The notes: generated by a model from the letters alone, not told the origin. A stretch of 64,000 nucleotides of DNA from Planctomycetota bacterium (GCA_050248855.1 JBFWRP010000008.1:64001-128000); one strand, 5' to 3'. Shown: positions 23,148-33,285, counted from the stretch's first letter. A program made the numbers and translations.

Positions 23148-23241
23148 GTACGGAGGCGGGGAAATGTTCCGCAACTTGCCGAAGGGCCGTTCCGCGGGCG
23201 AAAGAGCAGGGCGGCAAGTCGCGGAACAGATCCCCGCCACC
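23148..23241. repeat. GTACGGAGGCGGG palindromic repeat, family B, copy 2
   Basis: Arms 23155-23181 / 23212-23238. Confidence 0.7.
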
Positions 23242-23315
23242 TGGGGCGCTCTCCGCCGCCCGGCGAACACCAGTCCGCGCCTTCCGCCCCGCGCCTCCAC
23301 GGCTACCCTCCTCCC

Positions 23316-25748
23316 ATGGGAAGGCCTTGCCGCCACCGCTCGCCCACGCGCCGGGCCCGCGCTCTCGCCACGGCCCTCCTCCTCCTCAGCGCCGCCCTTG
23401 GTACGCGCGCCGTGACCGGCGACGGAGGCGCCTTCGACACCGCGCCCACGCCTGTCGCTGGCCACCAGGACGTCGTCGCCCCGTTCGTTGCCACGTGGTG
23501 CCTTGCCTGCCACGCGGGCGAGGAGGCCATGGCCGGCCTCGACCTCGAGGCCCTGGTCACCCCGGCCCACGGCACGCCCTCGGCGCTTCTTCGTGCGCGT
23601 CCCGTCTGGGAGCGCGTGGCCGCCGCGCTTGAAGCCGGGGCCATGCCCCCGCCCGACGCCGGCGACCCGCCGCCCGACCGCGCGCGCATCGTGAAGGCCA
23701 TCGAGGCGCTCCAGGAGACCGCCGGCGACCTCGCCCCCCTGCGCATCGTCCCGCTGCCGCCTCGGCGTCTCTCGCGCACCGAGTGGCAGGCCTCGGTGAA
23801 GGGCGTGTTCGGCGTGGACGTCAACGCCGAGCGCTTCCTCCCGCCCGACGAGCTGGCCTACGGCTTCCCGCACCTGGTCGACGCCCAGACGTCGTCCCCC
23901 GCACGCGTCGAGGCCTACCTCGAAGCCGCCGAGGAGGTCGCCCGCCGCGTGGTGGTCACGGCCTCGCCCGAGCGTCCCATCCAGGTCGAGCGCGATGGCG
24001 AGGCCTTGCGGATCGAGCGCGGCAACGGCGGACCGCGCGCCGACGGCCTCGTCCTCTCGACGAACGGCGACATCGGCGCCACCTTCGACATCCCGCGCAC
24101 GGGCCGCTACGTGCTGGAGGCGGTCGTCTACGGCCAGCAGGCCGGGCCCGAGCCCGCGCGCGTGCGCCTCTCCTGCGTGGGCGGCCCGCACGGCGAGGTG
24201 CAGGACGTGCCCGAGACCGCGGGCACGCCCGGCACGCGCCGCGAGACGCTGGCCTTGAAGGCCGGCGCCCGCACGCTCGTCGCCACCTTCGTCAACGACT
24301 ACTGGCGCCCCGACGCGAAGGACCCCAAGGACCGCGACCGCAACCTGGGTGTGGTCGCGCTGCGCCTGCACGGTCCGCTCGCCGAAGGCCTGGGGCCCCG
24401 ACCCCCCAGCACCATCCAAGGCCTGGACGACCCCGCCTCGGTCGAGGACACCCGCCGCGACGACCTCGTGCGCCGCACGATCGAGGCCACGTGGCGCCGA
24501 CCCGCCGACGCCGACGAAGTCGCGCGTCTCTCCACGTGGATCGCGGACATCGCCAAGCGGCACGACGCCGACACGGCCCTTCGGGCCCTCGTCGTGCGCG
24601 CGCTCGTCTCGCCGCACTTCCTCTTCCTCGTCGAGGGCCTGGACGACGATCCCTCGAGCCCGGACCTCGTGCCCGTGACCGAGCACGAGCTGGCCACGCG
24701 CCTGTCCTTCGCCCTCACCTCCGCGCCACCCGATGCGCGCTTGCGGGACCTCGCCGATCGCGGTGAGCTCGGACGCCACCTCCACGACGAAGTCGACCGG
24801 CTGCTCGCGGGCCCGGCCCGCGAGCCGCTCGTCAGCGGCTTCCTTGTCGCGTGGCTGGAGCTCGCCGACTTTGCCGAGCAGCGCGTGGATGCGAAGGCCC
24901 ACCCCGGCATACCGCAGGATCTCGCGCCCGAGCTGCTGGAGGAAACCCGCCGCACGCTGGCCACGTGGATCGCCGAGGACGTCGACGTGCGCACGTGGTT
25001 CGCCGCGCCCACCACGTGGCTGAGCCCAAGCCTCGCCAAGCACTACGGCCTCGAAGCGCGCTATGCCGCCGCACCCGCCACGGACGACGGCTGGCGACGC
25101 GTGGATCTCGCGGGCACGGGGCGCGAAGGCCTGCTGGCGCAGGGCAGCGTGCTCACGCTCACCAGCGAGAGCACGCGTACCTCGCCCGTGAAGCGCGGCC
25201 GCTGGCTGCTCGACGTCGTGCTGGGCCGTCCGCCGCCGCCTGCGCCGCCGGGCGTGCCGCCGCTGGAGGCCTCGGCCGCCCCGGACGGCCCCGACACGCT
25301 GCGCGACCGCCTCGCCCGCCACCGTGCCGACCCGGCCTGCACGGCCTGCCACCAGCGCATGGACCCGCTGGGCTTCGCGCTGGAGGCGTTCGACGCGGTG
25401 GGCCGCCAGCGCGACCTCGCGCCCGAGCCCGACGGCGCGCCCGGCGACCGCGGCCTGCTCCCCGACGGCACGGCCGTGGACGGCCTCCCGGGCCTTCGCG
25501 CCCACCTCATGGCCTCGCCCGACCTTCCGCGTCGCTTCGCCGCGCGGCTGCTGGCCTGGATGCTCGGTCGCGGCCTTGCGCCCGAGGACGAGCCCTTGGT
25601 CCGGGACGTCGTCCGCCACGCCGCCCAGGGCGGACACCGCTTCTCCGCCTACGTCCACGCCGTGGTCCAATCGGTACCGTTCCGCTGGCGCGCCGTGCGC
25701 CTGCCGGTGGGAGATGTAGCGGACGCCGCGAGCGATGGGGGGCGATGA
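23316..25748 (+). CDS. DUF1592/DUF1588-type (planctomycete PSD/PSCyt) cytochrome-c-like protein with carbohydrate-binding-like insert
   Basis: CLACH, RRLSRTEW, LVSPHFLF, ELATRLSF, TSPVKRG, CTACHQRMDPLGFALE; FVND...DRNL motif. Confidence 0.88.
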   Translation: MGRPCRHRSPTRRARALATALLLLSAALGTRAVTGDGGAFDTAPTPVAGHQDVVAPFVATWCLACHAGEEAMAGLDLEALVTPAHGTPSALLRARPVWERVAAALEAGAMPPPDAGDPPPDRARIVKAIEALQETAGDLAPLRIVPLPPRRLSRTEWQASVKGVFGVDVNAERFLPPDELAYGFPHLVDAQTSSPARVEAYLEAAEEVARRVVVTASPERPIQVERDGEALRIERGNGGPRADGLVLSTNGDIGATFDIPRTGRYVLEAVVYGQQAGPEPARVRLSCVGGPHGEVQDVPETAGTPGTRRETLALKAGARTLVATFVNDYWRPDAKDPKDRDRNLGVVALRLHGPLAEGLGPRPPSTIQGLDDPASVEDTRRDDLVRRTIEATWRRPADADEVARLSTWIADIAKRHDADTALRALVVRALVSPHFLFLVEGLDDDPSSPDLVPVTEHELATRLSFALTSAPPDARLRDLADRGELGRHLHDEVDRLLAGPAREPLVSGFLVAWLELADFAEQRVDAKAHPGIPQDLAPELLEETRRTLATWIAEDVDVRTWFAAPTTWLSPSLAKHYGLEARYAAAPATDDGWRRVDLAGTGREGLLAQGSVLTLTSESTRTSPVKRGRWLLDVVLGRPPPPAPPGVPPLEASAAPDGPDTLRDRLARHRADPACTACHQRMDPLGFALEAFDAVGRQRDLAPEPDGAPGDRGLLPDGTAVDGLPGLRAHLMASPDLPRRFAARLLAWMLGRGLAPEDEPLVRDVVRHAAQGGHRFSAYVHAVVQSVPFRWRAVRLPVGDVADAASDGGR

Positions 25749-25749
25749 G
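25380..25749 (+). repeat. Left copy of the duplicated DUF1592 3' end (island flank)
   Basis: Collinear with 33386-33677. Confidence 0.9.
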
Positions 25750-25764
25750 AGGTGCGGTTCGCGG

Positions 25765-25826
25765 CCACCCTGGCAAGTACGCTTCGCGGGCCGCGCGCGG
25801 CCCGCGAAGCGTACTTGCCAGGGTGG
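25765..25826. repeat. Perfect 62-bp palindrome with no spacer
   Basis: CCACCCTGGCAAGTACGCTTCGCGGGCCGCG immediately followed by its exact reverse complement. Confidence 0.95.
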
Positions 25827-25948
25827 ACGGCCCCGCCGGAGACCGGGGTTCCCAGGCCAGTCTTCGTTGCCAAGGCCTGTCGGCAATCCTGATCTGCCTT
25901 ATCCTTTCATAGCCCTGAAAACAGGCCTCTTAACCTCCTGGGAAGGGG

Positions 25949-25984
25949 TTGCCAACAAACAAAAAGTACCCCACAATTTGTTTG
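25949..25984 (+). promoter_or_regulatory. Sigma70-type promoter with overlapping inverted-repeat operator for the abiE operon
   Basis: TTGCCA(25949-54)-17 nt-CACAAT(25972-77); IR CAAACAAA(25956-63)/TTTGTTTG(25977-84). Confidence 0.65.
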
Positions 25985-25986
25985 CT

Positions 25987-26610
25987 GTGCCGAGCGCGAA
26001 CCTGACCGAACGGATCTACCAGCGCTTCCGGCGATCCAAGCCGGGGCAGGTGTTCACGCCCAAGGACTTCCTGGACCTGGGCGCCCGCGGCTCAATCAGC
26101 TGGGTGCTCCACGATCTGGTTCGGAAGGAGAGGATCCGAGCGATTGCGCGGGGGCTGTACGACCACCCGCGTCCGACACGGCATCTGGGCCTGACACCCA
26201 GCCCACGTCTTGATCGAGCAGCACAGGCCTACGCGCGCAAGCGCCAGTGGGACGTCATTCCCCACCCTGCGCTGGCCGCCAACCTGCTGGGCCTCTCGCA
26301 GCAGGTACCGGCCCGTGTGGTGTACCTCAGCTCCGGCCCCACCCAGAGCGTGCGCATCGGCAACCGCGACATCGTGTTCCGCCACGCGGGTCCGAAGAAC
26401 TTCGTGGCGAAGACGAGTGTCGGCGCCCTGGTCATCCAAGCGCTTCGCTACTTCGGTCGCAGTCAGGTCGATGACGCGATTCGGGAGCGCATCGCGAAGG
26501 CACTCACCGACAAGGACGTGAAGAAGGTGCGTCAGGATGTGAAGTACGCCGCGACGTGGATCCAAGCCGAGCTGGAGAGGATCTTCAAGGAGCGCGAATG
26601 GACGGAGTAG
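25987..26610 (+). CDS. AbiEi-type antitoxin (DUF6088-like)
   Basis: VFTPKDFLDLG, IARGLYDHP, AANLLGLSQQVP, LVIQALRY. Confidence 0.85.
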   Translation: MPSANLTERIYQRFRRSKPGQVFTPKDFLDLGARGSISWVLHDLVRKERIRAIARGLYDHPRPTRHLGLTPSPRLDRAAQAYARKRQWDVIPHPALAANLLGLSQQVPARVVYLSSGPTQSVRIGNRDIVFRHAGPKNFVAKTSVGALVIQALRYFGRSQVDDAIRERIAKALTDKDVKKVRQDVKYAATWIQAELERIFKEREWTE

Positions 26611-27605
26611 CGCGCGAGGCGCCTGCGTACCGTGCAGAGCTGTTCCAGGAAGCCGCGGCGCGGATGAACGTGGATCCACGCATCGTCGAGAAGGACTTCT
26701 GGGTCACATGGACCCTGCGGCGCATGTTCGAGGAGTCTCCCCACGCCGAGCACTTCCTCTTCAAGGGCGGCACGACACTGTCCAAGGTGTTTCGCATCAT
26801 TGACCGCTTCTCCGAGGACATCGACATCGCGGTGCATCCAGACGCGTTTGCGAACGATGTGGACGTCCCCCGTCTCGAGGAGCTCTCGAACTCCCAGCGC
26901 GACAAGTGGCTCAAGGCGCGCCTCCAGTCCTGTCGGATGTGGATCGAGGAAATCGTGCGGACGGACTTGGAGTGGCTCTTCCGTGGTCAGCTCGGCGACG
27001 AGGGATGGAAACTGACGATCGACAGCCGAAACCCGGATGCCCTGCGCTTCCGCTTTCCGCGCGGATTGGCCTTGGACTACGGGTACATCCAGGACGAGAT
27101 CGTGCTCGAGCTGGGGCCGCACGCGGAGTGGATCCCCCGCGACGACTACCACATCACCTCCTATGCGGCCGAGCAGCTCCCCACGGGTTTCGCGACCTCC
27201 CAGGTCGTGGTACGTGCCACCACGGCGGAGAGGACGTTCTGGGAGAAGGCGACGATCCTGCACGCCGAGGCACACCGCGTCGGCGGCATGCCCCCCAGGT
27301 ACTCGCGCCACTACTACGACACGGTGATGTTGGCGCGGAGCGCGTACGGTCCAAGGGCACTGGCAGATGTCCAGCTTCTGGAGCGCGTCGTCAGGTACAA
27401 GGCCACGCACTACCCGTCGGCGTGGTCGAGCTACGAAACGGCGCGACCAGGCACCTTGTGCTTGGCCCCGGCCGGCGAGCGGATCGAGGAGCTGGCCAGG
27501 GACTACGACTCCATGGAGCTCATGTTTTTCGGCCCGCGCCCGCCGCTGGCCGAGCTCGTGGAGGCCCTCCGAAGCCTCGAGAGCGAGATCAACAGCGGGG
27601 GGTAG
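26598..27605 (+). CDS. AbiEii/AbiGii nucleotidyltransferase toxin
   Basis: IVEKDFWV, FKGGTTLSK, RFSEDID, ERTFWEKATILH, SRHYYD; SD AAGGAG. Confidence 0.92.
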   Translation: MDGVAREAPAYRAELFQEAAARMNVDPRIVEKDFWVTWTLRRMFEESPHAEHFLFKGGTTLSKVFRIIDRFSEDIDIAVHPDAFANDVDVPRLEELSNSQRDKWLKARLQSCRMWIEEIVRTDLEWLFRGQLGDEGWKLTIDSRNPDALRFRFPRGLALDYGYIQDEIVLELGPHAEWIPRDDYHITSYAAEQLPTGFATSQVVVRATTAERTFWEKATILHAEAHRVGGMPPRYSRHYYDTVMLARSAYGPRALADVQLLERVVRYKATHYPSAWSSYETARPGTLCLAPAGERIEELARDYDSMELMFFGPRPPLAELVEALRSLESEINSGG

Positions 27606-27840
27606 CGATCCAGGCCGCGAAGATAGGGGGCCCACGCGACGTCTGGGGTGGCATCCTGCGACGGGGGATCCCCGCAGGGTCCGCGGCAGATCGCGCGCAC
27701 TCCCCTCAGCGCCCCCTTGGACTCCGTACGGCTGCCCGGGGCGGCCGCACCCCAGGCCCGAGGGGCCACACCCGCGCCCAACGAGACCCCGAACCCTCCC
27801 CGGCGGAGCGTGTCACCGGGACGCCTACACTCGCCCGTCC

Positions 27841-29139
27841 GTGTCCTACCTGAGCGCGCTTCCCCTGGATCGCCGGATCGAGGTCGTCCTCGAGCCGGGA
27901 CGCCCCATCGAGGCCGACCGGGTACCGATCTACCTCGACCGGCTCCAGCACGTCTTCTCCACCGTGCTCGGCCTCGCGGAAGACGACCCGCAAAGCGCGA
28001 TCACGCATGTCCAGACGTTCGTGATGGGCTGTCTCGAGAAGGCGGAAGAGATCGAGGACGACGGCTCGTTCGCCTCCTTCGTGCACGCGTTGTTCGTGGC
28101 CTGGGTGAAGCTGCGCCAGATGCTGGCAGCCGATCCCGCCCAGACCGCGGCGCTCCTGCTCCGCCACCTCCGCGAGGACACCCGCGGCATCTGCCAGCAA
28201 CTCCCGTGGGTGCTGGTGCCCGTCCTGCGGGGCGCCACGCGGGAGGCTGTCGAGCCGGTCCTCCTTGATCATCTCGTCGCCACGTCCCCCGAGGGGGAGG
28301 CTGCTCCCCAGGTCCTGGACCTTCGCAAGCAGCTCGCCGCCGCACGTGGCGACGTGTCGGTCTACGAGGCCCTCTGCGACGAGCCTGGACGCCTTGCGGC
28401 CCGCGACTGTGCCGAGATCGCGCGGATGCGCCTCGCGCGCTGCGAGCCCGACGTGGCCTTGGGATGGGCGGAGCGGGGTCTGGCCGCGCTGATCTGGGAG
28501 GGCGCGGAGTGCGGAGCCACCCGAGACCTGTACCGCCTGCAGATGGCGGCACGCGCCGGCTTGGGACGCGAGGACGAGCTGCGCGACGTGGCCTGGAAGC
28601 GACTTCGCGGCCAGCCGACGCAACGGGGCCTCGATCGCTTGCTCTTGGCCGCGCCGGCCGAGGAACGTGACGCATGGCGTGAGCGTGCCTTGGACGGCGC
28701 TCTGCGCTGGCCACTGGAGACCTGTCTCGAGCTCCTTCTCGAGGTGGACGAGCGGACGCGCATGGCCCTTGCCGTGCGCCAAGCGCACCGACGCGACGTG
28801 AGGCAGGTCGCGCCGGCCACGCTCCAGCGCGTGGCCCGTCGCTTGGAAGACGACTGGCCCGTCGAGGCGGCCAGGGCCTACGAGGCACTCGCCATCGGTC
28901 GCCTGCGGCATCGACGCCAGCGCACCGCCCTCGAGGGCCTCCCCAGCTTCGCGGCCGCCAAGCGCCTCTTGGAGGCCGCGGGCCAGGGCAAGGCATGGCG
29001 TGCCATGTGCGAGCACGCCGCCCGCCTGGGTCAGCGCAACACCTTGTTCCTCGAAGGACTCGCCGCCGTGGCCGCCGGCTCCTTCTCCGACCGTCCCTTC
29101 GGGCTCCAAGATCGCGCCCGCGCGCGCTGGGCGCCATAG
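27841..29139 (+). CDS. Alpha-helical repeat hypothetical protein (DUF6880-like)
   Basis: TFVMGCLEKAEEIEDDGSF, ALGWAERGL; long helical ORF; family call from memory. Confidence 0.55.
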   Translation: MSYLSALPLDRRIEVVLEPGRPIEADRVPIYLDRLQHVFSTVLGLAEDDPQSAITHVQTFVMGCLEKAEEIEDDGSFASFVHALFVAWVKLRQMLAADPAQTAALLLRHLREDTRGICQQLPWVLVPVLRGATREAVEPVLLDHLVATSPEGEAAPQVLDLRKQLAAARGDVSVYEALCDEPGRLAARDCAEIARMRLARCEPDVALGWAERGLAALIWEGAECGATRDLYRLQMAARAGLGREDELRDVAWKRLRGQPTQRGLDRLLLAAPAEERDAWRERALDGALRWPLETCLELLLEVDERTRMALAVRQAHRRDVRQVAPATLQRVARRLEDDWPVEAARAYEALAIGRLRHRRQRTALEGLPSFAAAKRLLEAAGQGKAWRAMCEHAARLGQRNTLFLEGLAAVAAGSFSDRPFGLQDRARARWAP

Positions 29140-29315
29140 GACGTGGCTCCACGTGCGCACGGCGTGACCGGGGCATGCAGCCCAGCGAGGTAGCACGGGC
29201 CGCGTCGCAACGCGATGGTGCCGCAAGTCGGTCTAGCGGCGCGCGTCGTGATGCCAGCTAGCTCCGCATCCAGGCGTAGCGGGCGCGTGACCTGGGGGGG
29301 CTATAGTACGAGGCC

Positions 29316-30461
29316 ATGATTCGCGTGGAGATCAAGGCCGAGCTGCTGCGATGGGCGCGCGAGCGCGCCGGGCTGGGCCGCGACGAGCTCTTGCGTCCCT
29401 TTCCCAAGCTCGACGCGTGGGAGCGCGGCGAGCTTCGTCCGACACTGCGGCAAGTCGAGAGCTACGCCCGGCGTACCCGGGTGCCGGTCGGCTACCTCTT
29501 CCTCCCGACGCCGCCGCACGAGCAGATCCCGATCCCCGACTTCCGCACGATGGGGGGCCGGACCCTGGGCCGTCCCAGCCCCGACCTGCTCGAGACCATC
29601 TACATCTGTCAGGAGCGGCAGGACTGGTATCGCGAGCATGCCCGCCGCAGTGGGGAGGATCCGCTCCCGTTCGTCGCATCGGCGACCTTGCAGAGCGACG
29701 TGATCGACGTAGCCGCCCGCATGCGGGAGGCGCTCGGCTTCGACCTCGACGAGAGGGCGTCGGTGCGTGGCTGGACGGACGCGCTGCGGCGCTTCCTGGA
29801 GCAAGCCGACGAGCTCGGCATTCTCGTGATGGTCAGCGGGGTCGTGCTCAACAACACCCGTCGCAAGCTGGACCCCGAGGAGTTTCGTGGCTTCGCCCTG
29901 GTGGACGACCACGCCCCCGTCGTGTTCGTGAATGGTGCGGATACGCGTGCGGCGCAGATGTTCACGCTCGCGCACGAGCTCGCCCACGTCTGGCTCGGGC
30001 AGTCGGCTCTGTCGGACGTGCAACCGTCCGTCGGCTCCGCGCACGCCACGGAACACTGGTGCAACCAAGTGGCCGCGGAGCTCCTGGTCCCCCTCGCGTG
30101 GATCCGCGGCGCCTACGATGCGTCGAAGAGCTTGCCGAGCGAGATCCAGCGCCTCGCCCACCAGTTCAAGGTCAGCACCCTCGTGATCCTGCGACGACTG
30201 CACGACGCCGGGTTCCTCGGTCGCCAGGAGCTCTGGTCGGCCTACGAGGTGGAGCGCGACCGGCTGCTCGATCAGCCCCGCCGATCGGGGGGAAGCTTCT
30301 ACGACACGGAGCTGGCTCGCGTGAGCGAGCCCTTCGCGAGGGCCCTTGTCGGAAGCACCCTCGAGGGGCATACGCTCTACCGGGATGCGTTCCGCCTGTT
30401 CGGGATCTCGAAGCTTGCGACCTTCCAGGAACTCGGTCGGCGGCTCGGATTCGCAGGCTGA
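29316..30461 (+). CDS. HTH (XRE) + ImmA/IrrE family metallopeptidase
   Basis: LRWARERAG HTH, IPDFRT, FRGFAL, FTLAHELAH (HExxH), WCNQVAAELL. Confidence 0.92.
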   Translation: MIRVEIKAELLRWARERAGLGRDELLRPFPKLDAWERGELRPTLRQVESYARRTRVPVGYLFLPTPPHEQIPIPDFRTMGGRTLGRPSPDLLETIYICQERQDWYREHARRSGEDPLPFVASATLQSDVIDVAARMREALGFDLDERASVRGWTDALRRFLEQADELGILVMVSGVVLNNTRRKLDPEEFRGFALVDDHAPVVFVNGADTRAAQMFTLAHELAHVWLGQSALSDVQPSVGSAHATEHWCNQVAAELLVPLAWIRGAYDASKSLPSEIQRLAHQFKVSTLVILRRLHDAGFLGRQELWSAYEVERDRLLDQPRRSGGSFYDTELARVSEPFARALVGSTLEGHTLYRDAFRLFGISKLATFQELGRRLGFAG

Positions 30462-30652
30462 TGCCGTACCTGCTCGACGCCAACGTCCTCATCGAAGCCA
30501 AGAACCGCTGCTACGGATTGGACTTCTGTCCTGCGTTCTGGGGCTGGCTGCTCCAAGCAAACGGCGCCGGGTCGGTCTTCAGCATCGAAAGGGTCGGGGA
30601 TGAGCTCGGTGCCGGAGAGGACGAGCTGGCGGCCTGGGCGGAGGTGCGCGGT
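30461..30652 (+). pseudogene. Truncated DUF4411-type PIN-domain protein
   Basis: MPYLLDANVLIEAKN.YGLDFCPAFWGWL...DELAAWA; after 64 codons the frame continues into unrelated sequence. Confidence 0.75.
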
Positions 30653-30789
30653 TCGGAGAGGCCTTCTGGGGTCAGGCCGCGTTGTCCCGCACCGAGAGGG
30701 GGCTCGGAAGGCCGAGCCCGTCATCGGACGGCGCGACGCTGCTCACCGAGACCCGGATGGGCGCGGCCCCGTACCCACTGCCCCGGCAG

Positions 30790-33285
30790 CTACAAGCCGT
30801 CGCCACCTCCCACCGGGCGGGCCCGGTGCGTCCTCCGCGGCGCGGGTTCCCGAGGCATCGGCTCGTCCCTCGAGGCACCGTCGAGCAGGGGCCCCGTCTC
30901 CGTGTCCGAATCGCGGTACCCCATGGACCGGTAGCCGCGCGCGCGGCGTTCGAACATGCGTTGAAGGACCGGAACGGAACGGTCGGCGTAGTCGTAGATC
31001 CGGACCTCCGTCTTGTCGGCATGACGACGGTGGAGGCGTCCCGCGTACTGGATCAACGTGCCTCGCCACGAGACGGGCAGGGCCAAGTGGAGGGTGTCGA
31101 GCCGGGGATCGTCGAACCCCTCGCCCGCGTAGCGCCCCGTCGCCAGCACCACGTGCGGTTCCCGGGACGGCAGCGCGGCGAGCCGTGCCATCTCCTCCTT
31201 GCGCTGACGCGCCTTCAGCCCGCCGTGCAAGACCACCAGCCCTGGTACCGCCTGCCGCAGGCGCCCGGCCAGCAGGTCCAAGTGGTCGCGCCGTTCGGTC
31301 AGCACGAGAGGCGCCCGGCCCTCGGCGATGGAGCCAAGGACGTCGTGCAGGATGAGCTCGTTGCGCGCACGATCTGCCGCGAGCAGGCCATAGAGCTGCT
31401 GGATCCCGGGCGTGGGGATCCCCGGATCGATCCGGAACGCGGTGTCTTGGACGTGCAGCCAGCGCGGGAACGAAGGCACGGCGCCAGCGTCCCGGGCGTC
31501 CGTGCGGAAGCGGACGGGGCCGCACTGCATCGTGACGATGGGATCGTGTCCGTCGCGCCGCCGAAGCGTTGCCGTAAGGCCGGTCACGAAGCGTGCCTTC
31601 GTCTCGGCCAAGACGCGTTCGAAGGAGATCGCGGACACGTGGTGGCACTCGTCCACGACCACATGGCCGTACTGCGCCACGACGTCCGAGACTTGGCCTT
31701 TGCGGCAGAGACTCTGGATCATGGCCACGTCGAGTCGTCCGTTCGCACGGGACGCTCCCGCTCCGATGCGCCCGATGGACTTTGACGCCACGCCCAGGAA
31801 CAGCGCAAGCTGTGCCCGCCACTGGTCAAGGAGGGGCTTGCGATGGACCAGCACCAGCGTGTTGCGAGCCCGTCGTGCGATCAGGTGGATGCCGAGAACG
31901 GTCTTGCCCGCCCCCGGCGGCGCCACCACCACGCCGTGGTCGTGCGGGAGGAGAGCCGCGACCGCCCTCTGCTGCAGCGCGGTCAGCGTGCCCTCGAACG
32001 TCACGTCGAGCGGGGCGCCCTCCGTCCGCTCGTCGGACACCCGGAGTTCGACGCCGTGCTCGGCCAGGAGGGAGCCCAGGCTCTCCGTGCAGCCCCGTGG
32101 AAGCCCGATGTGCAGCGGCGACTCCTCTGCACACCCGATCACCCTGGGCGTCAGCGCCGTGGACAGCCGCATGCCTTGGCGCTCGTAGAACTGGGGATTC
32201 TGGAACGCCGCCAGCCGCTTGATCTCGTTCAGGAGCGGAGACGGCAGCCCGGCCTTCTCCACGAACAGCCGCTGCGACGCCACGGCCGTCACGCGCGTCG
32301 GAAGCGGCCCCTCGATCTTCGCGCGGCGTCGCGCTCGTGACGGGGAGCGGGTCCAGGGGGACGCCACCTCCTCGTCGTCGCCCGACGGAACCGGGAGCCC
32401 CACGATCCGTCCCTCGCGCGCCGCCCGCGCCGCGATCTCCTCGACCTGGGCGCGCGGCGTCGGCTGGAGGTCGCTCAGGTACGCCCACGGGTCCTCCAGG
32501 GGTTCGAGGTCGTTGTCCAGGAACAGGGTGTTGCCCTGCTTGCGCGCCTCGTACTGAAGCGGCAGCGCGATCAGGTTGCCAAACCCACCCGTGGGCATCG
32601 TGTCCTGGCTCGGGAAGAACCGGTCGTACGAGGCGAGGCTCATCGCATGCCGGCGGCTCATCGTCGCCGTCAGGAGCGCGCAGCCCATCCTTCGTGCGAC
32701 GGCCGCCGCCACGGGCTCCGCGAAGAACATCCAGGCGTGGGCGCCGTTCCCCGAGCGCGACCGTTCGAGCGTTACCGTGAGGCCCGCGTCGCGGCACGTG
32801 TCGCGAAACGACCGCACGTCGTCCCGCCACGTCCGTTCGTCGAAGTCTGCGGCGAGAAGCCAGCACGTCTCATCGGACAGCAGGGGGTAGACACCCACGA
32901 CGTGCTTTCCCCGCAGGTGCCCGAGCAGCACGTCGTCGTCAAGCGGCAGGAAGGCTCGACTCGGGCAGGCGCCACAGCGCACGCGTGGCTTCTCGCACAC
33001 GCCTCGCACCCACTCGTTGGCGCAGGCCGGCGCGTAGCCCTTCTTGGCCGTGCGGCGGTTCTCCCAGAGGCGTGGGTACACGTCGTCGCGACCGCGAAAG
33101 AACCGGCGGAAGAGAGCGAGCTTCTCGGCCGGCGCCATCAAGCCCGCGAGGCGATCGCCCTCGTCGGCGTTACGCGCGGCGCGCGCGCGAAGCCGCTCCA
33201 GGGTGACCAAGGTCCGCCGACGCTCGCGCTCGAGGGCGTCGAGACGCGCCTCGGCTTCGGCGATGGTTTGGGGATCGTCGGTCAC
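30790..33285 (-). CDS. AEP (TOTE-type) primase domain fused to SF2 DEAD/DEAH helicase
   Basis: LFRRFFRGRDDVY, Cys cluster, ADFD, ERSRSGNGAH, GFGNLIALPLQ; PPGAGKT, DECHH, TAT, QYAGRLHR. Confidence 0.88.
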   Translation of the reverse strand: MTDDPQTIAEAEARLDALERERRRTLVTLERLRARAARNADEGDRLAGLMAPAEKLALFRRFFRGRDDVYPRLWENRRTAKKGYAPACANEWVRGVCEKPRVRCGACPSRAFLPLDDDVLLGHLRGKHVVGVYPLLSDETCWLLAADFDERTWRDDVRSFRDTCRDAGLTVTLERSRSGNGAHAWMFFAEPVAAAVARRMGCALLTATMSRRHAMSLASYDRFFPSQDTMPTGGFGNLIALPLQYEARKQGNTLFLDNDLEPLEDPWAYLSDLQPTPRAQVEEIAARAAREGRIVGLPVPSGDDEEVASPWTRSPSRARRRAKIEGPLPTRVTAVASQRLFVEKAGLPSPLLNEIKRLAAFQNPQFYERQGMRLSTALTPRVIGCAEESPLHIGLPRGCTESLGSLLAEHGVELRVSDERTEGAPLDVTFEGTLTALQQRAVAALLPHDHGVVVAPPGAGKTVLGIHLIARRARNTLVLVHRKPLLDQWRAQLALFLGVASKSIGRIGAGASRANGRLDVAMIQSLCRKGQVSDVVAQYGHVVVDECHHVSAISFERVLAETKARFVTGLTATLRRRDGHDPIVTMQCGPVRFRTDARDAGAVPSFPRWLHVQDTAFRIDPGIPTPGIQQLYGLLAADRARNELILHDVLGSIAEGRAPLVLTERRDHLDLLAGRLRQAVPGLVVLHGGLKARQRKEEMARLAALPSREPHVVLATGRYAGEGFDDPRLDTLHLALPVSWRGTLIQYAGRLHRRHADKTEVRIYDYADRSVPVLQRMFERRARGYRSMGYRDSDTETGPLLDGASRDEPMPREPAPRRTHRARPVGGGDGL

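Noticed and set aside
21210..25886. 1558-aa minus-strand ORF
   Set aside because: Only the last ~550 aa are the Na/Pi cotransporter; the rest is the antisense shadow of the DUF1592 gene in high-GC DNA
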